Of a DNA stretch of 64,000 nt, positions 35,132 to 44,044 are shown piece after piece. The stretch is from an uncultured Calditrichota bacterium. Lineage in GTDB: Bacteria; Calditrichota; Calditrichia; Calditrichales; CAYPHA01. The notes beneath the pieces were generated by a model. The model saw only the letters and a program-made list of their open reading frames with translations. It was not told the DNA's origin and did no database searches. The position numbers and the translations under genes were made by a program. Every line of letters begins with the position of its first letter. Within the stretch, counting starts at the first letter, position 1. The stretch is from the NCBI GenBank assembly GCA_964410215.1, contig CAYPHA010000012.1, positions 6,308-70,307 on the forward strand, given 5' to 3'.

Positions 35132-38104
35132 ATGGGACCTTTTGAAACCCTGGAGAAACGGGTTTCCGCGCTTGGAAACCACTATGAAAAGTATATTATT
35201 ACAATCAAAAGGTTTAAAGATCCGCTCATTCAGGCTCTCAAGGAATCCGGACTCTTAATGCAGATTCATCTCGTGCGGTCAAGCTTCTCTGCTGGCGAAG
35301 AGATGAAAATGATCTCCAAACTTTCGGACAACAAGAAAACAAAAGTCGAATTCCTCAGCTGTTATTACGCTCTGCAGTTTCTTCACATGAACCTGCGCAA
35401 TCTGGACATCCTCCAACTCGGCATTGCTTCGGGAGATATACATACGGAAATATACCACCGTTTCATGATGCAGATTGGTAAAGATTTCCGCGAACTCACT
35501 TCAGCCTATCTGAAAAACCTGATCGATATCTATATGCCTCCCGGCAAGAAACCCCGGTTCTTTATCTGTTCCGTCGGAACACGGGCGGATCAGGATGATA
35601 TCGACCTGGGTATCATTACCAAGGATGATGAAGATGTTACCGGTTTGAACAAGGCTTTTCAAAGAATCACACAGGATATGCTGGTCTATGCAACCCCGCT
35701 GCACCTCTACCTTTCCGAGCATGTTGGCAGAGAGTTTTATACAACAACAATATCAGAATATGTCGAACTGCTGGAAAAGCAGATTCAGGATGTAGTGATT
35801 ATATCCGAGCTATTGAATGCGCGGTTGATTGCAGGTGATGAAAAACTATTTGAAACCTTCAAGGAAAAGGTCGTCTCCCGATATTATTATAGTAACATCA
35901 AGAAAAATATACGCTTTCATGAAGGTTTCCTGCGCGGCATCCTGGGCGAGGTACGGGCCCTCTTAATTACACCCCTGAAGACCGATGCCATCTCTCCCAA
36001 AGATGATGCCATTCGCATGCTTAAATCAGTATTATATGCCAAGAAAAGCATTTATGGTCTGGAACAGGTCAATGCCTGGGACCTGATCGAGGCACTTTCG
36101 GACAGGGAACCCCACCTGCGCTCGGAGTATCAACTGCTTTTTAAGGCAACATCGTTCCTGGAAATTTTTAAATTTCTCCTTCATATGTATGTTGTACAGG
36201 AGGAAACCTTCCGTTTAAGCGAAGTGGATAAACGTCAATTCTCCCTGATCGCGGCTAAAATGGGTTATGAGCCGATCGGTGCGGTGAGTTCGTGGGATCA
36301 GTTGCTCATCGATTATTACCGTTATGTACGGGAAGTAAGGAAACTCTGTGATTTCATGATTGAGGATATTAAAAAGCATCTCAGTTCCATATCCCTTTCC
36401 ATGAAATTATTGCGTTCTTCCCGGATTACAGACGAGGAGGGCGGCTATGCCGGTATCTTACCCGTCGATTTTATCAGAACGGCTGAGTTCTTTACCGGAA
36501 CCAAGTTCTGGGAAGATGTTCTCGAATTACTGCGGAATGATGATAAACTGATCGAACGATTCATCGAGGGGTTTGAGCGGTTGACCGAAACCGAGAGGGA
36601 TGAGCTGATTGATAAATACATCCAGTGGACACACTACTCGGTCATCTCCGTAATCCGCCTGCTTTCGATTCTTGGCAGGAAACAGGAAACAACACTCGGT
36701 GAGACCATCTTTGTCCGCATGAACAATGCCTTTCTGGCCTTTATCGAAGAAACACCTTACATAACGGAGCGCATCTGCAGGGTATTCAGCCACTATCCGC
36801 AATACATTCACGAGTACCTGCAGTATTTACCCGATTCCTCCTGTCATTATCTGGATCGTATCCTGGCGCGCCCCGTTTTCATGGACGAACTGACAGAATA
36901 TCATAATCAACTGTTTGAGCTGTGTAAAATACATAAATTTTCCAGCCGGTATTTTCATCGGTATTTCCACCGCGTTATATCCAATCACCCGGAATACCTC
37001 CGGTCTCTGACAAATGTTTCGCAGTTGTTCAAAATTGCATCGGGACTGCTGGCTACGGTCGATATCTACCCCGAACATAACCGGAAAAAACAGGTACTCG
37101 GAGATTATTACGATTTGGAGTTTCTCAGAGTGGGGATAGGTACGATTCGCGGCGTGGATCTTAATATTACCAATAAGGAATTTACGGAATTTTGTGATAA
37201 TTACATGCGCAAGTTATTTGATATCTGCACCGAAGAGGTTGAGCCGACTGCCACCAGCGTCATCCCCGGTACCGATACCTTTGCCATTCTTGCCGCAGGC
37301 GGACATGCCCGCAGTCAGGCTTATGATGACGACTATGATCTCATCGCCATTGTTGATACAGATAACGAAGAGGTGATCAGTCATGCGACCCGTGTGATTA
37401 CAAAAATGAATCGTGAAATATTAAAACGCGGCGTGCTGCCGCATTATCGCCTCGGTGAAATACTGGAAGGCTTTGTCACACCCATTTCTAAAATTATTGA
37501 ATATCTGTCTTCCGGTGATGAAGAAAGTTTTATTGATTTATCACAACTTCTTGGCGCCCGCATGCTGGTCGGAAGTGATGTCATGAAATCGGTATTACGG
37601 AATAAAATTCTGAGTCCCTTCGTATTTGAGCGGCGCTCCTCCTACATACAAAAAATGATTATGGAAATGCGTAACCGCCATGAACTTATCAGCGATTGTA
37701 AATCCGGAACCTGCAATATAAAGGAAACGAAGGGCGGTCTGCGCGATATGGAAGCCATGGCCCTGATGCTGAAAGCCTATCTCAAATCTAATAAACCACT
37801 TACGCAAAACTTCTTCCAGATGGTGAAATCAAAATTTCCCGCTGTTGCCGGTGATCTCGATAATGCCTCTTCAGCGGTTTACATGTTACGCACCATAAGA
37901 AACCTCTATCGCATTACCATTGCGGCGGAAGACAACATATCCTCTGAGGATCTTACCATACTCTCTTCTGTATTTTTGCAAGCCAGCCACCCGGAATGGG
38001 GCAATGCCGATCACTTTTTTGAGGAGATCCGGTTGACGCTCGAGAAAGCGGCGTATGCCTGTGACAATATTATCGGCTTCCTCGACTCAAAAACACGTGG
38101 TTGA
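35132..38104 (+). CDS. large GlnE/GlnD-like protein with two nucleotidyltransferase modules
   Basis: Two NTase signatures (SVGTRADQDDIDLGII and AAGGHARSQAYDDDYDLIAIV). GlnD/GlnE-type motif KETKGGLRDMEAMALMLKA after the second. 990 aa. Divergent. Confidence 0.5.
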   Translation: MGPFETLEKRVSALGNHYEKYIITIKRFKDPLIQALKESGLLMQIHLVRSSFSAGEEMKMISKLSDNKKTKVEFLSCYYALQFLHMNLRNLDILQLGIASGDIHTEIYHRFMMQIGKDFRELTSAYLKNLIDIYMPPGKKPRFFICSVGTRADQDDIDLGIITKDDEDVTGLNKAFQRITQDMLVYATPLHLYLSEHVGREFYTTTISEYVELLEKQIQDVVIISELLNARLIAGDEKLFETFKEKVVSRYYYSNIKKNIRFHEGFLRGILGEVRALLITPLKTDAISPKDDAIRMLKSVLYAKKSIYGLEQVNAWDLIEALSDREPHLRSEYQLLFKATSFLEIFKFLLHMYVVQEETFRLSEVDKRQFSLIAAKMGYEPIGAVSSWDQLLIDYYRYVREVRKLCDFMIEDIKKHLSSISLSMKLLRSSRITDEEGGYAGILPVDFIRTAEFFTGTKFWEDVLELLRNDDKLIERFIEGFERLTETERDELIDKYIQWTHYSVISVIRLLSILGRKQETTLGETIFVRMNNAFLAFIEETPYITERICRVFSHYPQYIHEYLQYLPDSSCHYLDRILARPVFMDELTEYHNQLFELCKIHKFSSRYFHRYFHRVISNHPEYLRSLTNVSQLFKIASGLLATVDIYPEHNRKKQVLGDYYDLEFLRVGIGTIRGVDLNITNKEFTEFCDNYMRKLFDICTEEVEPTATSVIPGTDTFAILAAGGHARSQAYDDDYDLIAIVDTDNEEVISHATRVITKMNREILKRGVLPHYRLGEILEGFVTPISKIIEYLSSGDEESFIDLSQLLGARMLVGSDVMKSVLRNKILSPFVFERRSSYIQKMIMEMRNRHELISDCKSGTCNIKETKGGLRDMEAMALMLKAYLKSNKPLTQNFFQMVKSKFPAVAGDLDNASSAVYMLRTIRNLYRITIAAEDNISSEDLTILSSVFLQASHPEWGNADHFFEEIRLTLEKAAYACDNIIGFLDSKTRG

Positions 38105-38204
38105 TACTTCAGCGGAAAATTATTGATATTTTCTGAGTTTTAAATAAACATTTCAGTCATACGCCCGAAAATAACTATTTGAATGGAAATCAAGACAGGT
38201 ATAT

Positions 38205-39194
38205 ATGCAGGAACTTATAGATATTAACACGGATGTCTATCGACCTAAGATCCTCATAGTTGATGACTCTGTTGAAAATGTAGAAATACTTGAACGCATC
38301 CTTGCGGATTCCGATTACCGGATCCATAAGGCCTATGACGGGCTCCAGGCAATAGAAAAGGTCAATCAGATGATTCCGGACCTGATATTGCTTGATGTGG
38401 TTATGCCCGGCTTGAGCGGATTTGAGGTAGCGGTACAGATTAAGGAAAATCCGGTGACCCGGCTTATACCGATTATCATGATAACCGCTCTTGACGGCAG
38501 GGAAGAACGACTTAAAGGCCTCGATTCCGGTGTGGATGATTTCGTTACCAAACCGGTTAATATTTTTGAACTGCGTGCACGGGTACGAAACCTTCTCAGA
38601 CTTCGCGAATATGTTAATGAGCTGGAACATGCCGAACAGGTGATTTTCAGCCTGGCCCGCGCGGTTGAAGCAAAGGATGAATACACGGAAGGGCATTGTG
38701 AGCGGCTCTCCTATCTGGCTGACCGTCTGGGCCGTCATCTTGACCTGAGTGAAAATGATCTTTTAATTCTGCGCCGGGGAGGTATCCTTCATGATATTGG
38801 TAAAATTGCCATTGATGATGCCATTCTCTCCAAACCGGGAAAACTGACAGATGAAGAATTCGAAAAGATCAAAAAACATCCCGAGATCGGTGAACGTATC
38901 TGTGCGCCCCTGAAAACACTGCAACCGGTTTTACCGACAATCCGTTCACACCAGGAACGATATGATGGAAGCGGATACCCGGACGGACTGAAGGGAGAGG
39001 AAATATCCATACATGCACGTATAATCGGTATTGTTGATTGTTATGATGCTTTGACGACCAAACGTCCTTACCGGCCGGCACTGGAAAAATCTGTTGCTAT
39101 GGAAATTATGCAGGCGGAAACAGAACGCGGCCTGTGGGATCCCCTTCTTATCAACGAATTTATTAAAATTCTTGAAGAGGAAGAATATTTTTAA
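38205..39194 (+). CDS. response regulator with HD-GYP output domain (cyclic-di-GMP phosphodiesterase type, RpfG-like)
   Basis: Canonical REC (ILIVDDS, LLDVVMPG, ITALD). HD (ILHDIGK) and GYP (HQERYDGSGYPDGL) motifs. Confidence 0.85.
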   Translation: MQELIDINTDVYRPKILIVDDSVENVEILERILADSDYRIHKAYDGLQAIEKVNQMIPDLILLDVVMPGLSGFEVAVQIKENPVTRLIPIIMITALDGREERLKGLDSGVDDFVTKPVNIFELRARVRNLLRLREYVNELEHAEQVIFSLARAVEAKDEYTEGHCERLSYLADRLGRHLDLSENDLLILRRGGILHDIGKIAIDDAILSKPGKLTDEEFEKIKKHPEIGERICAPLKTLQPVLPTIRSHQERYDGSGYPDGLKGEEISIHARIIGIVDCYDALTTKRPYRPALEKSVAMEIMQAETERGLWDPLLINEFIKILEEEEYF

Positions 39195-39314
39195 TCAGCG
39201 TTCTCCAGATAATTTCAGACCAGCGATTCCGGCGTTTTAATTATTGTAATTTTATATAAAAATGTTTAATTTGCTCATGAATCATTTATCATAAACCACC
39301 ATCGGGACCTTTAT

Positions 39315-39635
39315 ATGCGCATTGTGTCTGTATTTTTATGGATTGTATTTGCTGCCATTATATTATGGTTTTTTGCTATAAATCTCGATCAGTATGTCAC
39401 GATTAAATTATTTACCCGCGTTTATGAAGATGTTAATCTCGTCACCATTGTCTTCATCTCCATTTTTATCGGAGTCATCATCGGTGCATTGCTCCTCTCG
39501 GTCCAGGTGCTGAAAACGAAAAGCAGACTATCAGCTGCTCAAAAAGAAAACAAAAAGCTTCTTACTGAGTTGGACAATATCCGAAGTATCAAACTAAACG
39601 ACATACAAGCTTCAGGAGAAATACCTGAGGAATAA
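39315..39635 (+). CDS. LapA-like (DUF1049-type) small inner-membrane protein
   Basis: Two TM helices followed by a short coiled coil (KENKKLLTELDNIRS). 106 aa. Confidence 0.5.
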   Translation: MRIVSVFLWIVFAAIILWFFAINLDQYVTIKLFTRVYEDVNLVTIVFISIFIGVIIGALLLSVQVLKTKSRLSAAQKENKKLLTELDNIRSIKLNDIQASGEIPEE

Positions 39636-39661
39636 CCGGCTCCGGCAGGTTAACGGATCAT

Positions 39662-40333
39662 TTGAACAGGATAACTGATATGGGACGTTACTTTATACCT
39701 GTTATTTATATTATCAGCTTATTCCATTTTACAGTTACAGCGCAATCGTTTGATGGGCTGATTAAATTATATACAGATCAGAAGCATGAGCAGCTGAAAA
39801 AGGAGATCGATAAATTACCCGATGATCCTGAACTGTCGAATCCGGAAATTGCCTTTTTAAAAGCCCTTATCTCTCCAAACGCAGAGGAGGCAAAACGAAT
39901 ATACGAACGTTTATTTGACGCCGGCTCACCAAAGGTCAGATACCTGGCAGCGCAGAAACTGATGCAGTATCATTATGCCCGGGGTTATTATATCACATCC
40001 GAAGACTATCAAAAATACCTGCTCAAGAATGAGAAAGATCTACGGCCCGGGGATGATCGCAACCTGTTAAGCAATACGTACCAGGTGGAAGATGATCCCG
40101 CTCCAGCGTTTTATATTCAGGTCGGTGCTTTCGGGCATCAGGACAATGCGGAGCAATTACAATCCATGCTGGAAACTCAAAATATAAAATGTTCCATTGT
40201 TCCCCGTAACATCGGAGGAAATAAACTGTTTTGTGTCTGGATAAAGGGAAAAACGTCATTGGATGAAACGATTTCATTCGCCAATGATATAAAAGAGCGA
40301 TACGATCTAAATTACCGTATTATTAAAGAGTAA
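39662..40333 (+). CDS. SPOR-domain (septal peptidoglycan-binding) protein with helical-repeat N-terminus
   Basis: C-terminal SPOR signature FYIQVGAFGHQDNAEQLQSMLE...CVWIKG. Signal peptide if the start is the ATG at 39680. Confidence 0.65.
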   Translation: MNRITDMGRYFIPVIYIISLFHFTVTAQSFDGLIKLYTDQKHEQLKKEIDKLPDDPELSNPEIAFLKALISPNAEEAKRIYERLFDAGSPKVRYLAAQKLMQYHYARGYYITSEDYQKYLLKNEKDLRPGDDRNLLSNTYQVEDDPAPAFYIQVGAFGHQDNAEQLQSMLETQNIKCSIVPRNIGGNKLFCVWIKGKTSLDETISFANDIKERYDLNYRIIKE

Positions 40334-40346
40334 AGGTCCCACTGCA

Positions 40347-41024
40347 ATGGATACGCATGCATTAAGAACCATACCCCTCTTTTCTGAATTGAGCGACGAG
40401 GAAATCAAGGCCATATCTGACGTTGCCGTTAAACAGTTTTATAAAAAGGATAATATGGTGCTGATCGAAGAAGAAGTCGGTTCCACCATGTTTGTGATAC
40501 TGGACGGACGTGTAAAAATTTCCAGAATCAGCGATGAAGGACGGGAAGTCATTTTATCCATTCTGTGTGATGGTGATTTCTTCGGTGAAATGTCCATTCT
40601 TGACGGACAAACCCGCAGTGCCAATGCCGTGACCCTCGAAGATACAAATCTGCTTATTTTCCGGCGTGAGAATTTTCTGCAGATGTTATATGATTATCCG
40701 CAAATTGCCATTAACCTGTTAAAAGAGCTTGCCCAACGCCTGCGTCGAAGTGATTCGCAGATCAAAAGTTTGTCTTTGCAGAATGCACTGGGGAAAGTTG
40801 CCTCAACATTACTGCGGATAGCTGATGATTCCGGTACCATAAAACAGGGGAAAGTGGAAATTTCCCAACTGCCGCCTCAACAGGATCTGGCAAATATGGC
40901 AGGTACCAGCAGGGAAACGATCTCGCGCGTTATCAAATCACTGAGCCATCTTGGTTATGTAACGAAGCAGGGCGGTAAACTGATTATCCTCGATTACGAA
41001 CGCTTCCGGCATGATTTTTCCTAA
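40347..41024 (+). CDS. Crp/Fnr-family transcriptional regulator
   Basis: cNMP-binding domain (GDFFGEMSILDGQTRSANAV) plus C-terminal HTH (LANMAGTSRETISRVIKSL). No Fnr-type Cys cluster. Confidence 0.85.
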   Translation: MDTHALRTIPLFSELSDEEIKAISDVAVKQFYKKDNMVLIEEEVGSTMFVILDGRVKISRISDEGREVILSILCDGDFFGEMSILDGQTRSANAVTLEDTNLLIFRRENFLQMLYDYPQIAINLLKELAQRLRRSDSQIKSLSLQNALGKVASTLLRIADDSGTIKQGKVEISQLPPQQDLANMAGTSRETISRVIKSLSHLGYVTKQGGKLIILDYERFRHDFS

Positions 41025-41039
41025 CAACGAATTAATATT

Positions 41040-43127
41040 ATGAAAATAAAGCCTGTTCAGCGAAAAATTGCCTTTGTCTCCGAAAATAACGGGCGCTTTG
41101 AGATTTTTTCCCAATACCTGGCCGATCCCACCAACAAGATCACATCCTGTACATTGAACCAGGCTGTTAACAAAATACTTATTGAGGAACCGTTCGACCT
41201 GGTCGTGATTGATGCCGTCTCTATTACAGATTTGGATTACCGGGTACTTGAGCCGATACGGTCTCATTCCAAACTGGCCAGAATAACGATTATTTTCATC
41301 CTCAACCCGGAACAAAATACCCTGAAAAGGCAGGTCTACAAGAATCCATACAATTACATCGTTATTGAGCCGGTCGACAAATATTCCTTCCTGTCATTGA
41401 TCTCAACATCGATGCATCTCGGACAGTTAGAGAAACGCGTTTCCCTTTATGAAGACATCATAGAAGGTGAAAAACGGCTTATTTCGTATATGGATGAGTT
41501 GCTGGAATTAAGCCGTATCCAGAAATACTCAAGAGAAAAACCCCTTTACCATCATTTGCAGAAAGAATTTGTAAAACGGCTCGAACTGGCGATGGCTGTT
41601 GAATTCGCGATTGTTTCCTTCTATGATCCGGTTAATAAAACACTTCATTTTCAACTGTTGGATGAATCCTCAAAAAAACCGGTTAAAAAGCATGTCATTA
41701 CATTGCGAAAATCCGCTGTCGGCAGGCTGTTGAAAGAAAATATGCCCAAAATTTTTGAGCACCACCTGCTGCTGGATCCCTTTGTTCAGGAACTGGAAGA
41801 ATCGCTGGGTTTTAAAATCTCCGGAATGCTGTTTGTACCTCTGGTCGTTTTTCATAAACCCCAGGGGGCGCTGATACTGGTCAATAAAGTCTACCGGACC
41901 GAATTTTCGGAAAATGACCTGGCCTTTGTACTGATTGCAGCTCAGCGTATTATCCATCATCTGGAAACATTGAACCTGAAGCATTTTAATCATGCTGATG
42001 CCCATCCGGCCGCCCTTACCATGAGAGTATCCGGAAAATATCAGCTCTTCGATGATTTGCTCGAATCAGTAAATTTTGGCGTGATCGTGTTTGATGACCA
42101 GGAAAAGATCAGTTTTTTAAATAAGGCCGCACGGGAATTGCTCCACATAAAAGGAGAACCGGAAAAACTGGATAAAATTCTTGACGAAAAGGCCTATAGC
42201 CAGTTTAAAATGTCCCTTGAACAGAAAGATTTACCTGTTAAAAGAGAAGAAATACAGATCCGGGTTAAAGACAGCGGCGATCATTATCTTGGGTATTCGG
42301 TTTATCCCCTGCGCGATTCGCACGAAAGCGGGGAACGTGTGCTTATTTTTTCGGAAATCTCGCAAACCAAACGTATTCAGGCGGAAATCATCCGTATGGA
42401 TCGCATGGCATCCCTGGGTATATTGAGCTCGGGTATTGCCCACGAGATACGAAATCCGCTTGCCGGTATCAAGGCCATGGCCCAGACACTGGAAGAAGAA
42501 CTCGAGGCTGAATCACACCTCGTGGAATATGTGGAACGCATTCTGCGCCAGGTAAACCGGCTGGAGGGCCTGCTCAAAACATTTTTTTCCTATGCCAAAC
42601 CGCAACGACCCAACCCAAAACCGTGTCAAATCGAAAACATCATCCGCGAAGTACTCCCTCTGTTCGAACGAAAAATGAAAGAAGAAAATATCACAGTGAA
42701 TCAGGAGTATACTCAGGACCTGTATGGAATTTTCGTAGATTCCAGTCAGATTGAACAGGTTATTTTTAACCTCGTTATTAATTCCATCCAGGCCATTAAG
42801 GACGGCGGTGCCATCAATATCGTCGCCCGGAATGCGGATGACCGTTTGCCTACAATTGACCGGAGGCTGCGTTCTCCCGGCCTGCTGTCCGACAAATATA
42901 TTGAAATCAGCATTTATGATAACGGACCGGGTATTCCGCCGGATATACGGGATAATATTTTTAATCCTTTTTTCACGACAAAAGCAAACGGGACCGGCCT
43001 CGGGCTTTCCATTGTATACCAGATTGTGAAAGAGCATGGTGGTCAGATCGATGTGGAAAGCGGGTCCGAAACCGGTACTGAATTCAGCATACTCCTGCCG
43101 GCGGTTGTAGAACACCCGGCATCATAA
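41040..43127 (+). CDS. cytoplasmic sensor histidine kinase (receiver-like N-terminus, GAF, PAS, HisKA, HATPase_c)
   Basis: H-box SSGIAHEIRNPLAGI. N/G boxes (NLVINSIQA, DNGPGIP, GTGLGLSIV). No TM segments. Confidence 0.8.
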   Translation: MKIKPVQRKIAFVSENNGRFEIFSQYLADPTNKITSCTLNQAVNKILIEEPFDLVVIDAVSITDLDYRVLEPIRSHSKLARITIIFILNPEQNTLKRQVYKNPYNYIVIEPVDKYSFLSLISTSMHLGQLEKRVSLYEDIIEGEKRLISYMDELLELSRIQKYSREKPLYHHLQKEFVKRLELAMAVEFAIVSFYDPVNKTLHFQLLDESSKKPVKKHVITLRKSAVGRLLKENMPKIFEHHLLLDPFVQELEESLGFKISGMLFVPLVVFHKPQGALILVNKVYRTEFSENDLAFVLIAAQRIIHHLETLNLKHFNHADAHPAALTMRVSGKYQLFDDLLESVNFGVIVFDDQEKISFLNKAARELLHIKGEPEKLDKILDEKAYSQFKMSLEQKDLPVKREEIQIRVKDSGDHYLGYSVYPLRDSHESGERVLIFSEISQTKRIQAEIIRMDRMASLGILSSGIAHEIRNPLAGIKAMAQTLEEELEAESHLVEYVERILRQVNRLEGLLKTFFSYAKPQRPNPKPCQIENIIREVLPLFERKMKEENITVNQEYTQDLYGIFVDSSQIEQVIFNLVINSIQAIKDGGAINIVARNADDRLPTIDRRLRSPGLLSDKYIEISIYDNGPGIPPDIRDNIFNPFFTTKANGTGLGLSIVYQIVKEHGGQIDVESGSETGTEFSILLPAVVEHPAS

Positions 43128-43131
43128 GATC

Positions 43132-43932
43132 ATGGGACGCATTATCTTTTCGGAACTTTTTTACATTCTGGCTGGAATGGCAGCGGGTCTGCTGAGTTCC
43201 GTTCTCGGTATCGGTGGCGGCATTGTCATGATTCCCGTATTAACCCTCATTTTCAATCTTACGCACCAGGAAGCGATTGCCACAAGTCTGCTTACAATCT
43301 TTTTCATTACCGGCCTCAATGTCTTTCGCTTTCAGGCAAAGAAGGCGATTAACTGGCGACTCATCCTGACGGTTGTTCTTTTCTCAGCCACTTTTTCCAT
43401 GATTGCCGCCTATATCGCTATACGCATCCCTGAAAAATGGTTACTGGCCTTTTTTGTCGCTTTTATCTTGTATCTGAGTGCGAAAACCTTCCGGCTTGGA
43501 GCGCTTCATGAGACCGGCACATCCCCTGAGAACAAGTACCTTCTTCCCGGTATCATCGGCTCTCTCAGCGGTTTTATCGCCGGTTTCGCGGGTGTAGGAG
43601 GTGGGGCTATCACAACGCCCTTACTGTTGTCATATCGCCTCTCAACGAATGAAAGGGTCGTACCGGATTCCAATGCGATCATGATGATCACATCCGCATT
43701 CGGATGCCTACTCTTTGCTTTTTCGGAAACTGACATCACCGGTGATCCCTGGCAAATCGGCTATATCCATGTCAATATGGCCCTGGCACTGTTTCTTGGG
43801 GCCGTACCCTTCGCATTGACAGGCAGCCATTTTCAGCACCGTTTCCCCTTAATCTGGCGAAAAACACTGCTGGCAGCTTTCCTCATAATCATTGGTATAC
43901 GAATGGCCGTGAAGCTTTTTATACTGCTTTGA
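43132..43932 (+). CDS. TauE/SafE (TSUP) family anion exporter
   Basis: Eight hydrophobic segments with duplicated GIGGG/GVGGG motifs. Confidence 0.75.
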   Translation: MGRIIFSELFYILAGMAAGLLSSVLGIGGGIVMIPVLTLIFNLTHQEAIATSLLTIFFITGLNVFRFQAKKAINWRLILTVVLFSATFSMIAAYIAIRIPEKWLLAFFVAFILYLSAKTFRLGALHETGTSPENKYLLPGIIGSLSGFIAGFAGVGGGAITTPLLLSYRLSTNERVVPDSNAIMMITSAFGCLLFAFSETDITGDPWQIGYIHVNMALALFLGAVPFALTGSHFQHRFPLIWRKTLLAAFLIIIGIRMAVKLFILL

Positions 43933-44044
43933 AGACATCAAAAACAACTTTACTTGTTTTACTCAATTAAGTATCTTTATACTTTATTCTCTTGCAATTG
44001 CACACGATTTACCAACGTAACAATCATATAAAACGGGAGTTGAT

